DNA of 64,000 nucleotides from Chrysomallon squamiferum (Eukaryota > Animalia > Mollusca), in assembly GCA_012295275.1 (NCBI GenBank), contig CM022665.1:11470001-11534000 (forward strand). Reading direction: 5' to 3'. A program made the translations under genes and the position numbers. The notes under the pieces were generated by a model. It ran no database searches. It saw nothing but the letters and a program-made list of their open reading frames with translations, and was not told where the DNA came from. Below are positions 13,901-29,600 of the stretch, one piece after another (the stretch's first letter is position 1; every line of letters begins with the position of its first letter).

Positions 13901-16900
13901 TAGATAAATATAGATGTCCATTTAGGTAAGAAAATTGGTTATTTTATTAAAAGAATTAGAAATGTGGGCATTTTAAATGTTTGTAATACATGAAAATTAT
14001 ACATTTCACATTTACAATATTTTTAATATAAAATGCATTCTAATTTTTGTAAAGTTTAAAATATGAACAATAGACGTTCCTCATTTATAGTATTTTTAAT
14101 GTAAAATTTAACTTAAATTTTCTCATGTTTAGAACAAGGATATTAGATAATTACCATGTTATTAATGTAAAAAGACATTTTTATTGTTTGTAACATTTAA
14201 AACAAGAATATTGGATGTTTCACATTTACAACATTGTGTAATATTTAAGGACAAGCATAATATAAAATACATTTTATTGTTTGTAATACTTAAAACAAGG
14301 ATAATAGATATTTTGCATTGACAACATTTTTTATATATAAAACAGATTTTAATGATGTTGTTATTGTTTTTTTAAATAAGCATAGTAGATGCTTTGCTTT
14401 TGCAATATTATTAATGTAAAATGCGTGTATCTTGATTGATGTGTGTAGGGATACAAGAAGAAAACAGAAACTCAGATATTCTATGTACTGGAATTGCATG
14501 TTGCTGATCCAAACTCAAAAAATGCTAAGGACAGGGAATTCAAATTCAGAATTTGTACACATTATGGTTCCTTAAAGGATATTCAGGTACATTCATCTCA
14601 GTTAATGCTCTATGCTGTGTACATATATAATATCATAGCATTAAAATTTGTCCACAGAACTGAAATATTGCTATACATTAAATATAAAAATAAAAGCAAC
14701 TTCAAAATTCTGCAAAACCCATAAAAATGAAATGCTGCCAACATTTTAACTTTCACAAAATTTGTCATATGAAATAATTACCTCTTGAAAAACTGAAAAG
14801 ACTAAATAAACAAAACAACAACAATGAAGACATTTCTAATCCTATATGTAGTCAATGGTTCCCAATCTTTTCACCACCAGTGAACCTTTTATTTAAATTA
14901 TACTTTTCCTTGGACCCTGGGTTTTGAAAGGTTTCTCAGTAAGCTGTAACTAAGTATATAATTTCCAGTTACAAATAAAACAGCCTTCAGACAATAAAGT
15001 TATTTACCTCTAAATTTATTGTAATAAGAACATTCCACTATGCAGTATAACCTAACAGACTTTTTAATGAATATCAGAGTGGTTTGATTTGGGAAGTGAC
15101 TTCTTCTTGTTGTTTTGAAACATATTTTTGTCTTTAATTTCAGGAAGCTAGTGAAGGGACCTATGAATATCGATATGCTCAAACAGCAGACTTGGCACTT
15201 GCCATATACAGCCAGCTCTGCAAAGACCAGACTGCTCCTTCCAAACAAATGAAGAAAATCGATGGTTGCCTGCCCACAAGAATTGGTTCACTTAAACTTC
15301 AGCAGGTTTGTTTTGAAATGCATAGAACCACAACATTCAGAAAGATGTATTTGATATAATTAATTATGAACTTATTAAATTACACATTTTGAAAGTAATA
15401 CAGATTTGCTCATGAATACAATTAAATTTGTTTGACAGCATTGGACCATTCAGTCACTGGATCTTATAATCATTTATCATTTGTGATTCAACTAAATTAT
15501 TATTTCTTAGGTGTCTGACTACTGTAGTTGTCTTCCCTTCATCTGAAATCAGAAATTCATTTTTTTCTTTATTTATTTATTTCAAGTTTTTTTGACAGTC
15601 GTGGTGGTGGTGGGAATATATAAAACTTTTTTGTAATATTTTTTAATTTATTTATTTATATATACATATTTATTTATTTATTTTATTTTATTTTTTTTTT
15701 TTTTTTTTTTTTTTTTTATTATTATTATTTTTTTTAGATTCAGCATCAGTGGTTAAATACACAGGTTTATGCTATTTAAAACTTCAAAGAAAATGCTTTA
15801 TTTTAATATCTGAATGTCAAACATTTTTCATCAAATTTTTGTATTTTGGAGTAATATTTACCTGTTAGTAGAAAAAAAAAGAAGAAAAAAAAAGACAAAC
15901 AAAAAATAAAACCTAATTTGTAAAATTTCAACTTAAAAAAGAAGTTTCTATATTTTCATTTTTTATTTTATTTTATTACTTCATCAGAGTAGTCATGAAA
16001 TATTTAATAACTAAGGAAAAAACTGGGTTTTTTTTATACCTTGCATTTATTTTAATATTCAGATGATATCAAAGCTGATGATTGATGATGAATCACTGGC
16101 ACCCACTGTTATCAACCTTGTTGAACATATTTGGCAGGAAGCTACTGGGGAGGTGGAAGATATAATTGCAACTGCAGTCAGCGAAATCAAATTGGAACAG
16201 GTCAGTTGGGTAAAAGTCAAAAATATTACTGAAGATGTGATAACCTTGGTAAAATGAATTGTTGTTTACAGACCATTTCAACTAATGTGCCATGAAGAAC
16301 AGAAGTGCTATCTCCAGTGTCATGAGACTTGCAACGCAAACATAATAATTAAAATTGTTAACTGCATGACTGGTGTTAGTCATATACTGACTAGGAATAA
16401 AGGGACAATTAAAATCTTGTTATAACTATTCCCATTTTACCAAATAATTATTTTTTAATGGTAAATCCACGTTCTCTTAAATTAATATTTTAATTACTAC
16501 ATTGTTCATTGTTGTAATCTAAATAAAATTTTAAACAGTAAACTCAGTCTTTTAATTGTTACATTATCTTTGTTGTAAATCCAAATAACTGATTTTGATC
16601 GTAATTCCTAGTTTTCTATGTTAAATCAGTCTGATAATTGTTACAGTTCATGATTCTTGTTACTGGTGATAAATAACAATTCCTAATAGTATATCCATCT
16701 TACAAATAATAATGGTAAATCTAAGGTAATACAGATATAAATGATAAATATAGTTAATATATTACAATTAATAATTGTTAATCCATATTATTAATAAATT
16801 ACAGTTGTGGATGGTAACTGTACATTATTAATATTGTTAAATTCATAATGAGGGTAATGGGGTAAATCTAATTTATTTAATTTATTCCAATTTTCAGTGA

Positions 16901-18137
16901 TAAATATTTGTTATTTTACTATATAGTTTTCATAATAAATCTTTCTTTTTTAAAAACAAATTTTTGTTTTTAATAAATAATAATTGATTTCATGTTGATA
17001 TTTCCCCTGTACTTTGATTAATATCCTGAAGTACACCATTCAGACTGAAACATGAAAGAATGTTTGCTTATTATCCTTTGCTTGAACAAATCTTAGATTG
17101 AAAAAGCAGAAGCCATCCTTCTTCAAATTCGAGAAGCTTTTGACAAGTCACTGGAAATGAAAACACTGATCAATGATTTTTACAATACACTACAACACAC
17201 AAATGAAATTGCAGAGAAGACTACAGTCACAAAAGCCTGGCTGGCGAAGAAGCAAGATCTTTGTCAAGTATATTTTTTAAATTTTACAGTTATTTTTTCT
17301 CGGATCATTTTAAATGATTTAGTGGATTAATATTTGTTTTTGAAAGTCCTGTTTTTTGGGGGTGGGTTAAAGTATATCTTAACATTTTGTACAATTGTTT
17401 TTCACAGATCATTTTAAATAATTTAGTAGACTGATATTTATTTTTGAAAGTTATTAAAAATAACTTTATCAAATATAATTTAACAATTTAAAGGATTCAT
17501 TCTCCTCAGATCTTTTTAAAATAATTTAGTGAACTTATACTGGTTTCAAAAAGTCCTGAAAAAAAAAAAACAACTATTTTATCAAGAATAATTTTAAAAT
17601 GAAACTTTGAATTTTTGTGGAATTACTTTAAATAAATTAATGGACTAATATTGGTTTTTGAAAGCTTAGTGATAAGAGTCAGACGTATAATTTTCCTTCG
17701 TTTGCTTTAGCTTATTAAAAATTACTGTCACTGTAAATGAGAGAAGACACTTGTTTTGATAAATAAACTTTTGTTCAATTATTTCAGCTTATCAAAGATA
17801 TGGTCTCTGTAAATGAGGCTACAAACTGGTCAAAACGAAGCAGTACTGCAGCAAAATACAGAGCATTGAGATGCAGGATTGAACATATGGACATTTCAGA
17901 TAGCAATCATAAAATGGTGAAAGATTTGGTAGAATCTTCCATAATTGGGTATGTTGACAGAACTTTTAATTTGTTTTTTTTAAATGTATTTATTTATTTA
18001 TTTATTTTATGTCTGTCTTTAATTTTCAGTATACTACCTTTTTCTTACTTTTTAATTGAATCCCTGGTACAATATTCTCCACATTATTATTTAAAAGTAT
18101 CAAAATTGTGATTATTACTACTCACTAACTTTTCAGG

Positions 18138-18172
<35 letters not shown>

Positions 18173-21100
18173 GTTAGTTATTACTATTGTTGTTTGAGAA
18201 AAAGAGCCAAAAAAAAAAAAAAAAAAAAAACAAACAATCCAAAACATGATAATTATCTTGTATATTTCTTATGTTATGGTTTTTTCCCTAACTGTTCAAA
18301 ACCTTCCATTTTCTTTTTTTCAGAGATCTCAAAATTGAAATCAAATCCATCTATCAAATTCACAGACCTGTCGAAGATAGCAGTTTTCTTCATGATATGA
18401 CCAACACTCAGCTACTATTTCATGCATCCAAAGCTGAAAATTTTGTTGGAATTCTTTCCAGGTGAAATGATGTAGTGGATCATTCAGTGTCATCTCTATC
18501 ACTTTTGGGGCATTTTTTGCACAGCCCTGTCAGATTTCTGTAAATTTTAATAAACCAATAGAGTTCCAGGAAAGAACATGTCCATCCTGTTGCTATATAA
18601 AATTTCATAGAAATTTGAGTGGGGTATGTTTTAGGTAATAGAGATGACATAGATAAGCCTTTTTTTCAAACAATAATATCATTTGCTTGGACCTGATACA
18701 TGAAGATGCATGCAAACAATTAGTGTTCTGTTCAAGCTAGTTTTATATATTCAAAGTAAAATGTAATGAATAAATTAATTTTTATTCATAAGAATTTCTC
18801 TTTTTTTATCATCTAATTTTATTTCTTATACATATGATTAATGGTTGCCTGTAATTTATTTTTCATCAGTTATTCAGTTATTGATCACTTACATATAAAT
18901 AGTACAGTAGTGTTGAGTATTATTTATGATCAGCAAACATCCATCACATTATCACATATCTTAGCAGTTCTTGTAGTTGAAATGTTTTGTTTCTCTTTAT
19001 TTTTACTGTGTTTTAATCCTACATACATTTTGTTCATTAAATAATATTATTTTTTAAACAAATATATAATCCATGACCATAAATTGATTATTTTACAGAG
19101 GCCTGTTACTGCCTAAAATAGTTGTTGATGATTATGGTGGATCTCGGACTGATGTTGGCATGTTGGGAAATGGCCTATACTTTGCTAGTTCAGCCAGGTA
19201 AGTGTGAAATAAATAAATGATAAATCTGTATTTAATTCATTTCAGTCACAATACACTAAGTCATAACAAGATATCTGGTGATCATACAGTACTGGGTATT
19301 GTCTACATCACCATAGTTCAAATGTTTTACATTTGATATGTAATATGGAATTAGACATAACTCATATATAAAGGATTTGCCACTTCAGACCATTTACTTA
19401 TTTCATATACATGTGATGTCAAATAATAATATGGTTAGGTGTTGTAGAATCAGTGTTCATTCATTTATTTTCATTTATATTAAAATGCATATTTATTTGC
19501 ATAATTGGCATTTGTCGTTATAAAAGAAAAAAAATGAGAGTAAAAATATAACAAAAAACCCCTCCAAATATGTTGCCAAATATTACTTGTGAACAAATAA
19601 ATAATGAGTTTTAGAAAAAACAAACCTCTGCCAAAATGCACATACTGATCCAAATGTATATTAATTTTGTTTTCCAGCACAAGTGCCAAATACTCAAAGG
19701 CAAGCAAGACCAAAGGGACACGACTCATGCTGATAAACAAGGTTGCTTTAGGCAGGTGTATGGATGTGTACAAACACAACACTGAACTAAATGGACCACC
19801 AGAGGGCTATGACAGTGTTCATGGAGTCAGAAAGACTGATAATAATGATTCAGATTTTGTGGTAAATTATTTGTTTTTCAGTTAATTAATTGCTGAAAAC
19901 ATTTGTGCTTGTGTGTTTTTTATGTGTGCATGTATATCTGTGAATATCTGTTTGTATATGTGGGTATGTACGTGTGTGTGTGTGTAACATGTGTGCATGC
20001 ATAGGTGTATATATTTGTATACATGCTTCTTTTGTATGCATGTATATTACAGTCATGTTTCTGTTACATATGGGTATGCGTCTGATAGATTTTAAGCCAT
20101 ATTATAGATGTTATATAATCTCCTTTTCTCACTGTAGGATGATGAGTATGTAATATACTCTCTCAGCCAGCAAAAAATCATGTATTTGGTTGAATTTGTT
20201 CTGGAAGGAGATACCATAACTAACATCAACATTGGAGAAACTGAGGAAAACCTGGATGAAGAAACACACTCAGACATCACTATCATAGGTTTGTTTTCAC
20301 ATTATACAATGCCAACAAAATCATCAGTAACTACCTTAGTAAGAAACACACACTGTAAAATAATGACTTATAGGTCTACAATTAAATATTTATTTATATG
20401 AAAACAAAGTTGAAAAATATAAAATAATAATAACACCAAATATTTATCAGTATAATTTATACAGGATAAAAAAACAGAAAATGTTTGAGTAATAAAATTT
20501 GGTTATTATGTTATGTATTTAATTAGATTATTATGTTGTATTTATTATATATTTAGTTTGATTATCATGTTGCATTACTATATTTTAATTTGATTATCTT
20601 GTTATATTTATTATATTTTGAGTTTGATCATTATATTTTATTCAGTTATCATTTATCAGCATATTTTAAGACCAGTACTGTATAAATGATGATAACACAT
20701 ATTTAAAAAAATCTAATTATCTAGATGTTCAAAAACTCCAAGAATTAGAGGATCCCATTTCAAAAGTGAAGTCAGGTTTGATCTGTGACCAGCAGGAGAA
20801 TGCAGTAGATCTTAAAGCTGTACATGTCAAAGCTAGACTTGTAGATTTGGCTTCAGAGGTAATGTTTCAATGCATATTTACAGTTTGTTTGAGAAAAACA
20901 AACAACTATGAGGAACTATGAATTATGTGTGCCAAGAAAATGAATATTGTTTCACAAGCCTTTTTCAAATTTATAATGCTATTCCACAAGAGATTTCAGA
21001 ATTGTTCAAATTGTGCATATGTTACCCTTAATCTTTCAGTCAATATGGGCAGACTTAAAAAGTTTGTGCAACTATCACCCTTAAACTTCAAACAAGTACT

Positions 21101-24100
21101 ACTAATAAATAAAAATAGATATTTATTATATAAAAGCATTTTTTGTTCAATTAATATATATTCAAATAATCCACCAATTCACAGGTTTTGCATTTTTTAA
21201 ATCTATTGTGATATGTTGATTAGTTTTCTTGTGCCTAATTTTATACTTTTTTGGTAAATAAGTGAAATCAAACAAATGATCACTGTAGCACTGTAGTTAA
21301 AAAACTGGCTCAGAATTTGATGGAATGGATATTTGAATCAGTCTTCTTTAATTTTTCTGTATTATTTTCCATACAAACCAGTGTTCCATGACTGATTTAT
21401 CAAAGGTTAAATTTACTATCTGTTATAGGAATGCGAATAAGGAAGGTTATTGACAGATTTCCTGTGATTCATTGAATTTTATTGTTGATTATCAATGACT
21501 GATACCACACAAGGAGTGCTGTTTCTCTCCAGAATGTATTTTAAACAAATTGATGCTAAACAAATTGTTATTGTTACTGTGTTATTATTATTATTATTAT
21601 TATTTAATTAATTAATTAATTATAATTATTATATTGCATTTTATTGTACTGATTGTATTGTATCATATTGTATTATATATATCATTTATCATATATAATC
21701 ATATCATTTTATATTTTATTATTATTATTATTATTATTATTATCTATTTTTTAATTTTAATTTTATTTCATTTCCTTATTTCTTTATTTCTTTTGTCCTT
21801 GCAGGTGATAGTCATGCAAGAGTACTCTAACAACTTGGACATTGCTGTTGAAGCAAAATTTATTTTTCCTCTGGATGACATGGCTGCAGTGTGTGGCTTT
21901 GAAGCTTTCATCAACGGCAAACACATAATAGGAGAAGTGAAGGAGAAGGAGACTGCTCATAAGGAGTACAAGAAAGCCATCAGTGAAGGTCATGGTGCAT
22001 ATCTCATGGACCGTGATGAAGAAACTCCAGTCAGTAATAATAATCATAATTCTAAAAAAAAGTAGTAATAATAACTCTTAATAACAAATAATAATAATAA
22101 TAGTAATAATTCGTTGTTGTATGGGTTGGATATATATATTTTGTAATTTGGTCATTATTGTTCTTATCATTTATTTTTATTTACTTTTATTTTTATTTTA
22201 CTTTTTTCCTTTTTGTTCTCTTTGCAGGATGTTTTCATAGTCAGTGTTGGTAATCTCCCACCAAAAGCGCATGTGCTAATTAAAATAACCTATGTAGCTG
22301 AATTACAGGTAGAAGGGGAGGTAATCAATTTCCGACTTCCTGGCAGTGTGGCACCATGGAAAGAGAACTCTGCTATCAAAGAAACTACACAGGTTAATGT
22401 TTGTTTTGATGGTAGACTTCCAGTTAATTTATTTGTTTTAAAAATCACCAATGTTTACTAACAGATAAGTTAGAAAATAAGTGAGGAGAAGTAGAGAAGT
22501 TACTTTCTGCCTTTCTCATGACATTGTTTTATAAGAGTAAAAGACAATACATGCATGTGCATGTGTGTGTGGGTGTGTGTGTTTGTATGTGTATCCTGTA
22601 TGTATTGTTGACATGTTTAACATAACTTGTTGTACATTCATAAATATAATGTTTATAGATATTTTCTTTAAGACTGTTTATATTTTAAAAATAAGTCACT
22701 GTGGTATATTTGTAGACTGAGCTGGGCACACACAAAGTACAGAGCGGTAAAACAACAGTTCAGGTATCCATTGACATGCCTTTCAATATCCACAGCCTTG
22801 AATGTCCCACACACAAACTCAGAATTAAAGTAAGAGCCTTATCTACTTATTGTTATAAATCTTTTTGTTTTCACTAAATAATTTGTTTTGAATGTATGTA
22901 TGCGTGTATTTATAAACATACATAACAGTGTAGGTAACTATTTATGTGCATAGTTCATATATCTGTGTGATTATCTGTATACACAGGCAATTGTGAATGT
23001 GTCTATGTATATTTACAATACTGTGAATATGTTATTCATATATAATGTTGACTATATCATCATATGTCTGTAGAAATTTGATTTTATATAATCTGTGTAT
23101 TTATCTTTGTAATATATAATAATATATGTGTATATCAATATAATTTATTCTTTATTAATATTCCTTCTTACGGTTTTATGTATATGTTGGTAAATGTCTT
23201 TACTTGTATATATCTAATTGGCTGTTTTTCTCTCAGAGAACTGACACCAAAGCTGTGATTGAGACGATGGAGAACCAGTCTTTTGATGATGGCTTCCTAC
23301 TGCTCATTGGTCTCTCAGAAATACATGTCCCAAGAATGTGGGTGGAGAATCATCCATCACAGCAACATCATCAGGTACATGCTGAAAGCAAGACAGGAGA
23401 AAGACAGACGACAGAGAAAGAAAGTCAGTGAGTGAAGAGTTAGTGAGTGAATGAGTTTGAGAGAGAAAGAGAGAGATTTATAGAAAGAGCAGGACGGTCA
23501 GACATAGACAAAGACAGAGAGCAAGACCGACATACACAGAAAAAGACACACAGAGAGAATTTGACTGAGAGTGAGTGTGTATAATTACTTTATTATAAAA
23601 TAATTAGCTTACTTAGCATAGATACACTTGAATAGTGTATATCGTGATTTGTCAAGAGTCTCTATTCAATGACATTAATTTTTTCAGTAGTCTCTTCTAT
23701 TAAATAAATGCTTTAATATTTATTATTTAGGCTTGCATGTTGACATTTTACCCAGAGTTTGAGGCAGGAGAGCAGAAGGACCTGGAGATTGTATTTCTCT
23801 TAGATCTCTCAAATTCAATGAAAGGATCAGCTCTTGAAGATGCCAAAAATGTTCTTTCTCTAATGTTGAGTCGATTGCCATCCCATGCTTTGTATAATAT
23901 TATTGTGTTTGGAACAGGTGTGTTAGACTTTGATGTTTTCTCATTGGTCAAAAAATTTAATTTTAATAAATAATAATGCATTTACTGATTTTGTTTTATC
24001 TCTGTGTAAAGAGAAATAAAGTTTTGGCATATTTTAAATGTTTATAATCTACAAATGTATAAATTTTCTTTTGCAGGGATTGTTTTATTTAATGACATTC

Positions 24101-26585
24101 TTGGCACATCTGTAATCAAAATAATTTGTGCCAAGTTATTCTCTATAAATTATCATAAATTTTAATTATGTTATATAATGTTTATATCATGATACAACTT
24201 CGTCACATGTTTTTTTTTATCAATAAATTATGAATGTTATATGTTATGTACAAGGTAATACAAGTTCATCAAAATAACCTTAAACATCTATTTAAAGATT
24301 TTTTAATAATATTTCTCTCTTTCTTTATATATTGTTTTCTTTTTTCTTTTTAAACATCCCAAATTGTAATATTATAAAGCTTTATATAAAGTTAATTCTG
24401 ATTACAGTCACTTACAAGTAACTGTTAAAATAACTGATCATCCATTGCATAACTGAATTGTATATATTTGTTGTTATTGATATGTTTTATTGTTACAAAT
24501 TTCAGCATACAGTGAGCTATTCCCAGTTAATGAGGCCAACACTCCTAGCAATACAGCCAGGGCTCGCAAATTTATAATGGTAAATAAAGATAATGTTAAA
24601 CAAAAATGGATGAACAAATGTTTATTAATGGTTCCCCAACATATCTGATGAGATAATTTTCAATTTTGTGGTCATTTTTCTCTTAGGCAAGTTTTTATTT
24701 AAAAAAAAAAAAAATGAACCTTGATTACTGGCATTTTTTTATTTTTATTTTTTTTAGTGTTTGTTTTTGTATGAAACTATGTCAGCCATCACAATCCAAA
24801 TGAGCTTGTTATATTATTAGGAAAATGTATATAGGTTTTCACACATTCTCTTCAACTTTTTGTTTTTTCATTTTATTTTCATAAATATCAATTTTTTTCA
24901 AAGAGAGAATTATATTATTTTTTTGTAGGATGCTGAAGCCAATCTTGGAAATACTGATGTTTTCCAACCACTACATTCAAATTACCTACTTGAGTCAGAG
25001 AGTTCCGTGAAAAACATTTTTCTTATCAGTGATGGACACATCAACAATGAAGATGCTGTCCTCCAAGCTGCTTTAAACCATGCAGCACACTCGAGACTCT
25101 TCACATGTGGAGTCAGGTACACACTTTAATTTAACTGTCACAATGTTACAGATAAAATCATATCACAATCCTACAGTTACCAAAAACAAAAAACACAAGA
25201 TGATTTTATGTTGTTTAATCCTTTTTTATCTGGCAAGACAGTGTTTATTTAATGCTAATTATTTTGTTGTAGTTCATAATTATTGACATTATTGTAGTTA
25301 GTGTCGTTACGTCAGTGGCAGACATTACACTATGGTGCTTCTGCTTCCTTCCCTTTTGATGTCGGAAATTTGATATTCTATCTATTTATTTATTTTTGCA
25401 TTATTATTATTATTAGTGCAATAGTTTTAATTGAAAAGCACATTCTCTTTTAGCTCAACATCCAATGTACATTTACTTAGATCATTAGCTAGAGTTGGAG
25501 GTGGAGCATTTGAATTCTTTGACAGAAAGGCAAAGTCAAAATGGGATAGGAAGGTAACCATAACTGATCTAAAGCATATTAACAATATTTATAAAATATA
25601 AATTACAGAATTCTATTTAAAAAGTATAATAATATTTAATTTAACAATATTGTGTTTAAAAAGTATAACAATAATTAACAATATTATGTTTAAAAAGTGT
25701 AACAGTATTTAATTTGACAATATTCTGTTTAGAAAGTTAAACATTATTAATAAATTCTGTTTATATATTACAGTCAATTTAGAAAGTATTACAATGTTTA
25801 AATTACACTCTTTTTTAAATTTATCAGCTGGAATAGCTTACAAATTACTGTATTTTGAAAATCATTCTTTGTGTCAGTTTGTTCATTAATACAAAGATTC
25901 ATTTAAATATTAGAGTGTTGTCCTTACAAATAAAATTCATTTCTCAGATAAGTGTTTTGTTACAGCATTCTTTGAACAAATTACAAAAGGCCAACCAATT
26001 TATTTATTTATTTATTTATTTATTTTTGTTTCTTCTTTTTCTTTACAATAATAACTAAATGCTATATGTTTTATATTCAGGTAAAAAACCCAGAACAAAT
26101 AACTAAATGTAAGACTCTTATTATTCAGGTAGAAAGATGAGGTATAATGATAACTAAATTCCAGACTCTTGTTTTCTGAGGTTCAAAAAAAAAGAAAGAA
26201 GCCCAGATATGATAACTAAATGCCAGACACATATTACTCAAGTACAAAACCTGGATATAATTGATAGTTATATTCTTATTATTCAGGTGAAAAACCAGAT
26301 ATAATAATAACTAAATACCAAATACTTATTATTTAGGTGAAAAACCAACTGACCAAGGCAGCCCAGCCAGGTTTGACATCTGTTTCAGTTGAGTGGCGAC
26401 AGTTTGATGAAGATCCAGACAAGCTGCCACAAGCTCCTCGGCAAATTACATCTCTGTTCAGTGGATCACGACAGGTTGTCTATGGATATGTACCAAACTG
26501 TACCATGGTTGGTAGTTACTGTAAATTGTAATACGTTTTTCATTCATTTTGTATATGGACAAACCTTCAAGCAGAGCATACACAC

Positions 26586-26646
<61 letters not shown>

Positions 26647-29600
26647 CACACACTGTGAATACATATATACATACATACATACATACATACATACCTACAT
26701 ATGTACAGATATACATACCTACATATGTACAGATATACATACATGCATACATGTATACATATATACACACACATATATAAACATTGACATACTGACAAAA
26801 ACAACATGCTTACAAACCTTAACATATACATATATAAACAATACACAGCCTTCTTTTTATTTATTTTGGTTGATATTATTTTTATTTTTTTTATTATTAC
26901 TTTTACTGTTACAATCATTATAACATTTATTAATTTATTACTTTTTTTAATTTTATCTTTCTATATATATTTTTACTTTATTTTTTTAATTATTATACAT
27001 TTGTTTTTTCACAGGCCACATTAAAAGCTGTAGTAGGTGGACAAGAAGTTTGTACAGTTGTTTCAACTTCAGATCTCAGCATCACAGAAGGACTGGTAAT
27101 AATTACAGTGATAATTCATAAATCCAAACGTGTTAAGTTGGAATGTCTCCAGCTATTTATCTGTAAAGTTCTACTACAAGCAATACTTAATGGAAATTAA
27201 GTTATTAGCTAAATTGTTAGAGTATTGGATTCTCAAGGTTCCTGGTTCAAAACTCTTTGCAGAGGTTCACTAAACTGTTAGAAAACAATTGAGTATTACT
27301 GATCCACATACGTGTGTTCTTCATTTTTAAAGAATTATTTGCAAAAGAGATAGTGGCCTTCATATATTACATTCAAATATTATAAACTATTCAATGCAAA
27401 AGACACAAATGAGAAAAAACAGAAGGAAAAATTGACACAGATGCTTAAAGAAGACAAAGAGGACAAGAAATTGAGAGAGAAAGGAAAAAGTTTGAGAGAA
27501 AGATGGAAAAATATGGAATAAAAGAAATGGAGACGGATGAATAATATGAAGGAAGGTTGATAGAGAAAGCCCTGTTTAAACAAATGAAACTGAGAGAGAA
27601 CAAGAGGGAGGGAAGAATGGATATTAGAATATCAAGATAGAAATAAAAAATATATAGAGATCCTTAAATATTAAAATTTAAAAAGCATGATGTATTTTTC
27701 TGTGTATGGAAGCTAAATGAAACAAAGATTAAATTATTTGTATTGTTCTGCAGACTGTTCATAGACTGACTGCCCGGGCTATAATAAGAGACTGGGAGGA
27801 TGGCATGCTTTCTTCAGACCGTACCAGGCATGAGGTATGTGGTTATTTTATATAAGAAAATGTCCAGTGTAGTCTAATTTTGTGATCACACTGTAATAAA
27901 AACTTTAAATTTAGTGTGAACATAAAATGCATGTTTGTTGACAACTGATCACATACAGACCCAACTTGATGTTGACCACAGTAGTCACTTATTTTCCTAG
28001 CTGGATGTAGACCACACTGGACATTTACTTACTTCGTCCAGTATAGACCATACACTTACTTACTAGTAGAATGTTTACTTATCTAGTTGGATGTATATTA
28101 CACTGGACATTTAGTTACTAGCAGGATGTTGGTCACATGGTCACTTCCTTATCTAGCTGGATGTTGACTTACCCTGATCACTTACTTACTTGGCTTAATG
28201 TAGACCAAATTGGTCACTTACTTGTGTAGCTGGATGTTGAAAATATTATTCCCACTGCTTCCATTCCTGACATCCAGAATCTTAATCTTTTGTTACTTGC
28301 TATTTTCAGATGTTGAAGATGAATCTGAAACAATACATCATTGACTTGAGCACAGAATATTCTATTGTCACCCAGTTTACAAGTTTTGTAGCAGTGGAGA
28401 AACGAGATGAGGTTGGTTGTTTAACATTTGTGTTTCTATTTTCATTAAAAAATATTTTTGCATTAATCAAAACTGTATTCAGTCCATGATGGAACAGTTA
28501 TTTCTTAAATAGACTACATGGAAAATGTAAACAGTACCTTGAGGCATTGTGATGTTAACACATAATTAGGTGTCTGGCTTTTCTTTTTTTTTTTTATCTT
28601 GATGATTTAAGAGAGAAAAATGGTTACTGCCAAGAACAAGTAATTCTTTATGTTGACCTTCTCATAAACATGAAAGCATATATCATAATTTGATAAATCA
28701 ATGGAGACACCGAAAATGATTATTTTTCACCTATGATCTTTCAGAACACTGAATTACAGCCCACTTAAAAATGACTCTGAATCCTATCGTTGGTAAACCA
28801 TCATAAATAAATAAATATAATAAAGCTACAATGAAATAAAACATAAAGAACTGTAATGTAATATAATGTAATATAATGAAATGTAAATTATAAAAAAAAT
28901 AATAATAAATTACAAAACATGAATTCAAAATGGTGTATAATTTAAAAAAAAAAAAAAAATTGTTGTTGTTTTTTTTTTTTTTTCTAATTTTTAATTTTAT
29001 TTTATAATTTCAGGATGAAAAAGCAGGTAAATGGACCAGTACAGGACCAACTATGTTCCAGCTTGTTGAACAGGAGTGTGCAGATATTTTGCCATACTTG
29101 TCCTGGATAACAGACAAAGATGACATTATGGAGGTCGTACAAGTGAGCATTATTTTTATATATAAACATGGAGAATTGGGGTTTAATGGATAGGAATGGG
29201 AATGGCTATTTTGAGTATATTTGTTTTTATGATAAGTGTTTATCTGTGTTAAGTGTGTGTGTGTCTGTGTAATGTAAATGGATGAATATGTTTAAAGTGT
29301 CAGTGGTTGTGTTAAGGAATATTTGTTTTTAATGAAAGAATAATTTTGTGTTTATTCATCTGTCCTGTGGTTAGAAACAGAATATTGTGTGTACTAAATT
29401 GACAAAAATAAACTAATCACATTATCACTATCAGTGAATGATATAGATTGAAATGTCAAAGTTAAGTGTTTTCAGGTGATCTGTTAAATCTGGTTCTCTC
29501 TAAGTAATGTGGTCATTACTCCCTTCAGTGCCACAGAACTCAAACTTTTTTTATCTTTTGTATCCAGTTCTTGCACAAACTAAAACAACATATAGTTATA

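Noticed and set aside
26389-27024. HT/CV/YI-repeat ORFs (also 47.4-49.5 kb, 51.3 kb, 53.2 kb, 60.4 kb)
   Set aside because: Translations of (CA)n, (TACA)n, (GA)n and (ATT)n microsatellites.
27204-27270. tRNA gene (A/B-box-like TAGCTAAATTGTTAGAG...GGTTCAAAAC)
   Set aside because: No cloverleaf stems can be formed; likely a decayed SINE head.
26050-28240. CRISPR-like arrays among the minisatellites (also 49755-50170, 59005-59525)
   Set aside because: Eukaryotic intronic context, degenerate contiguous units without unique spacers, and no cas genes.
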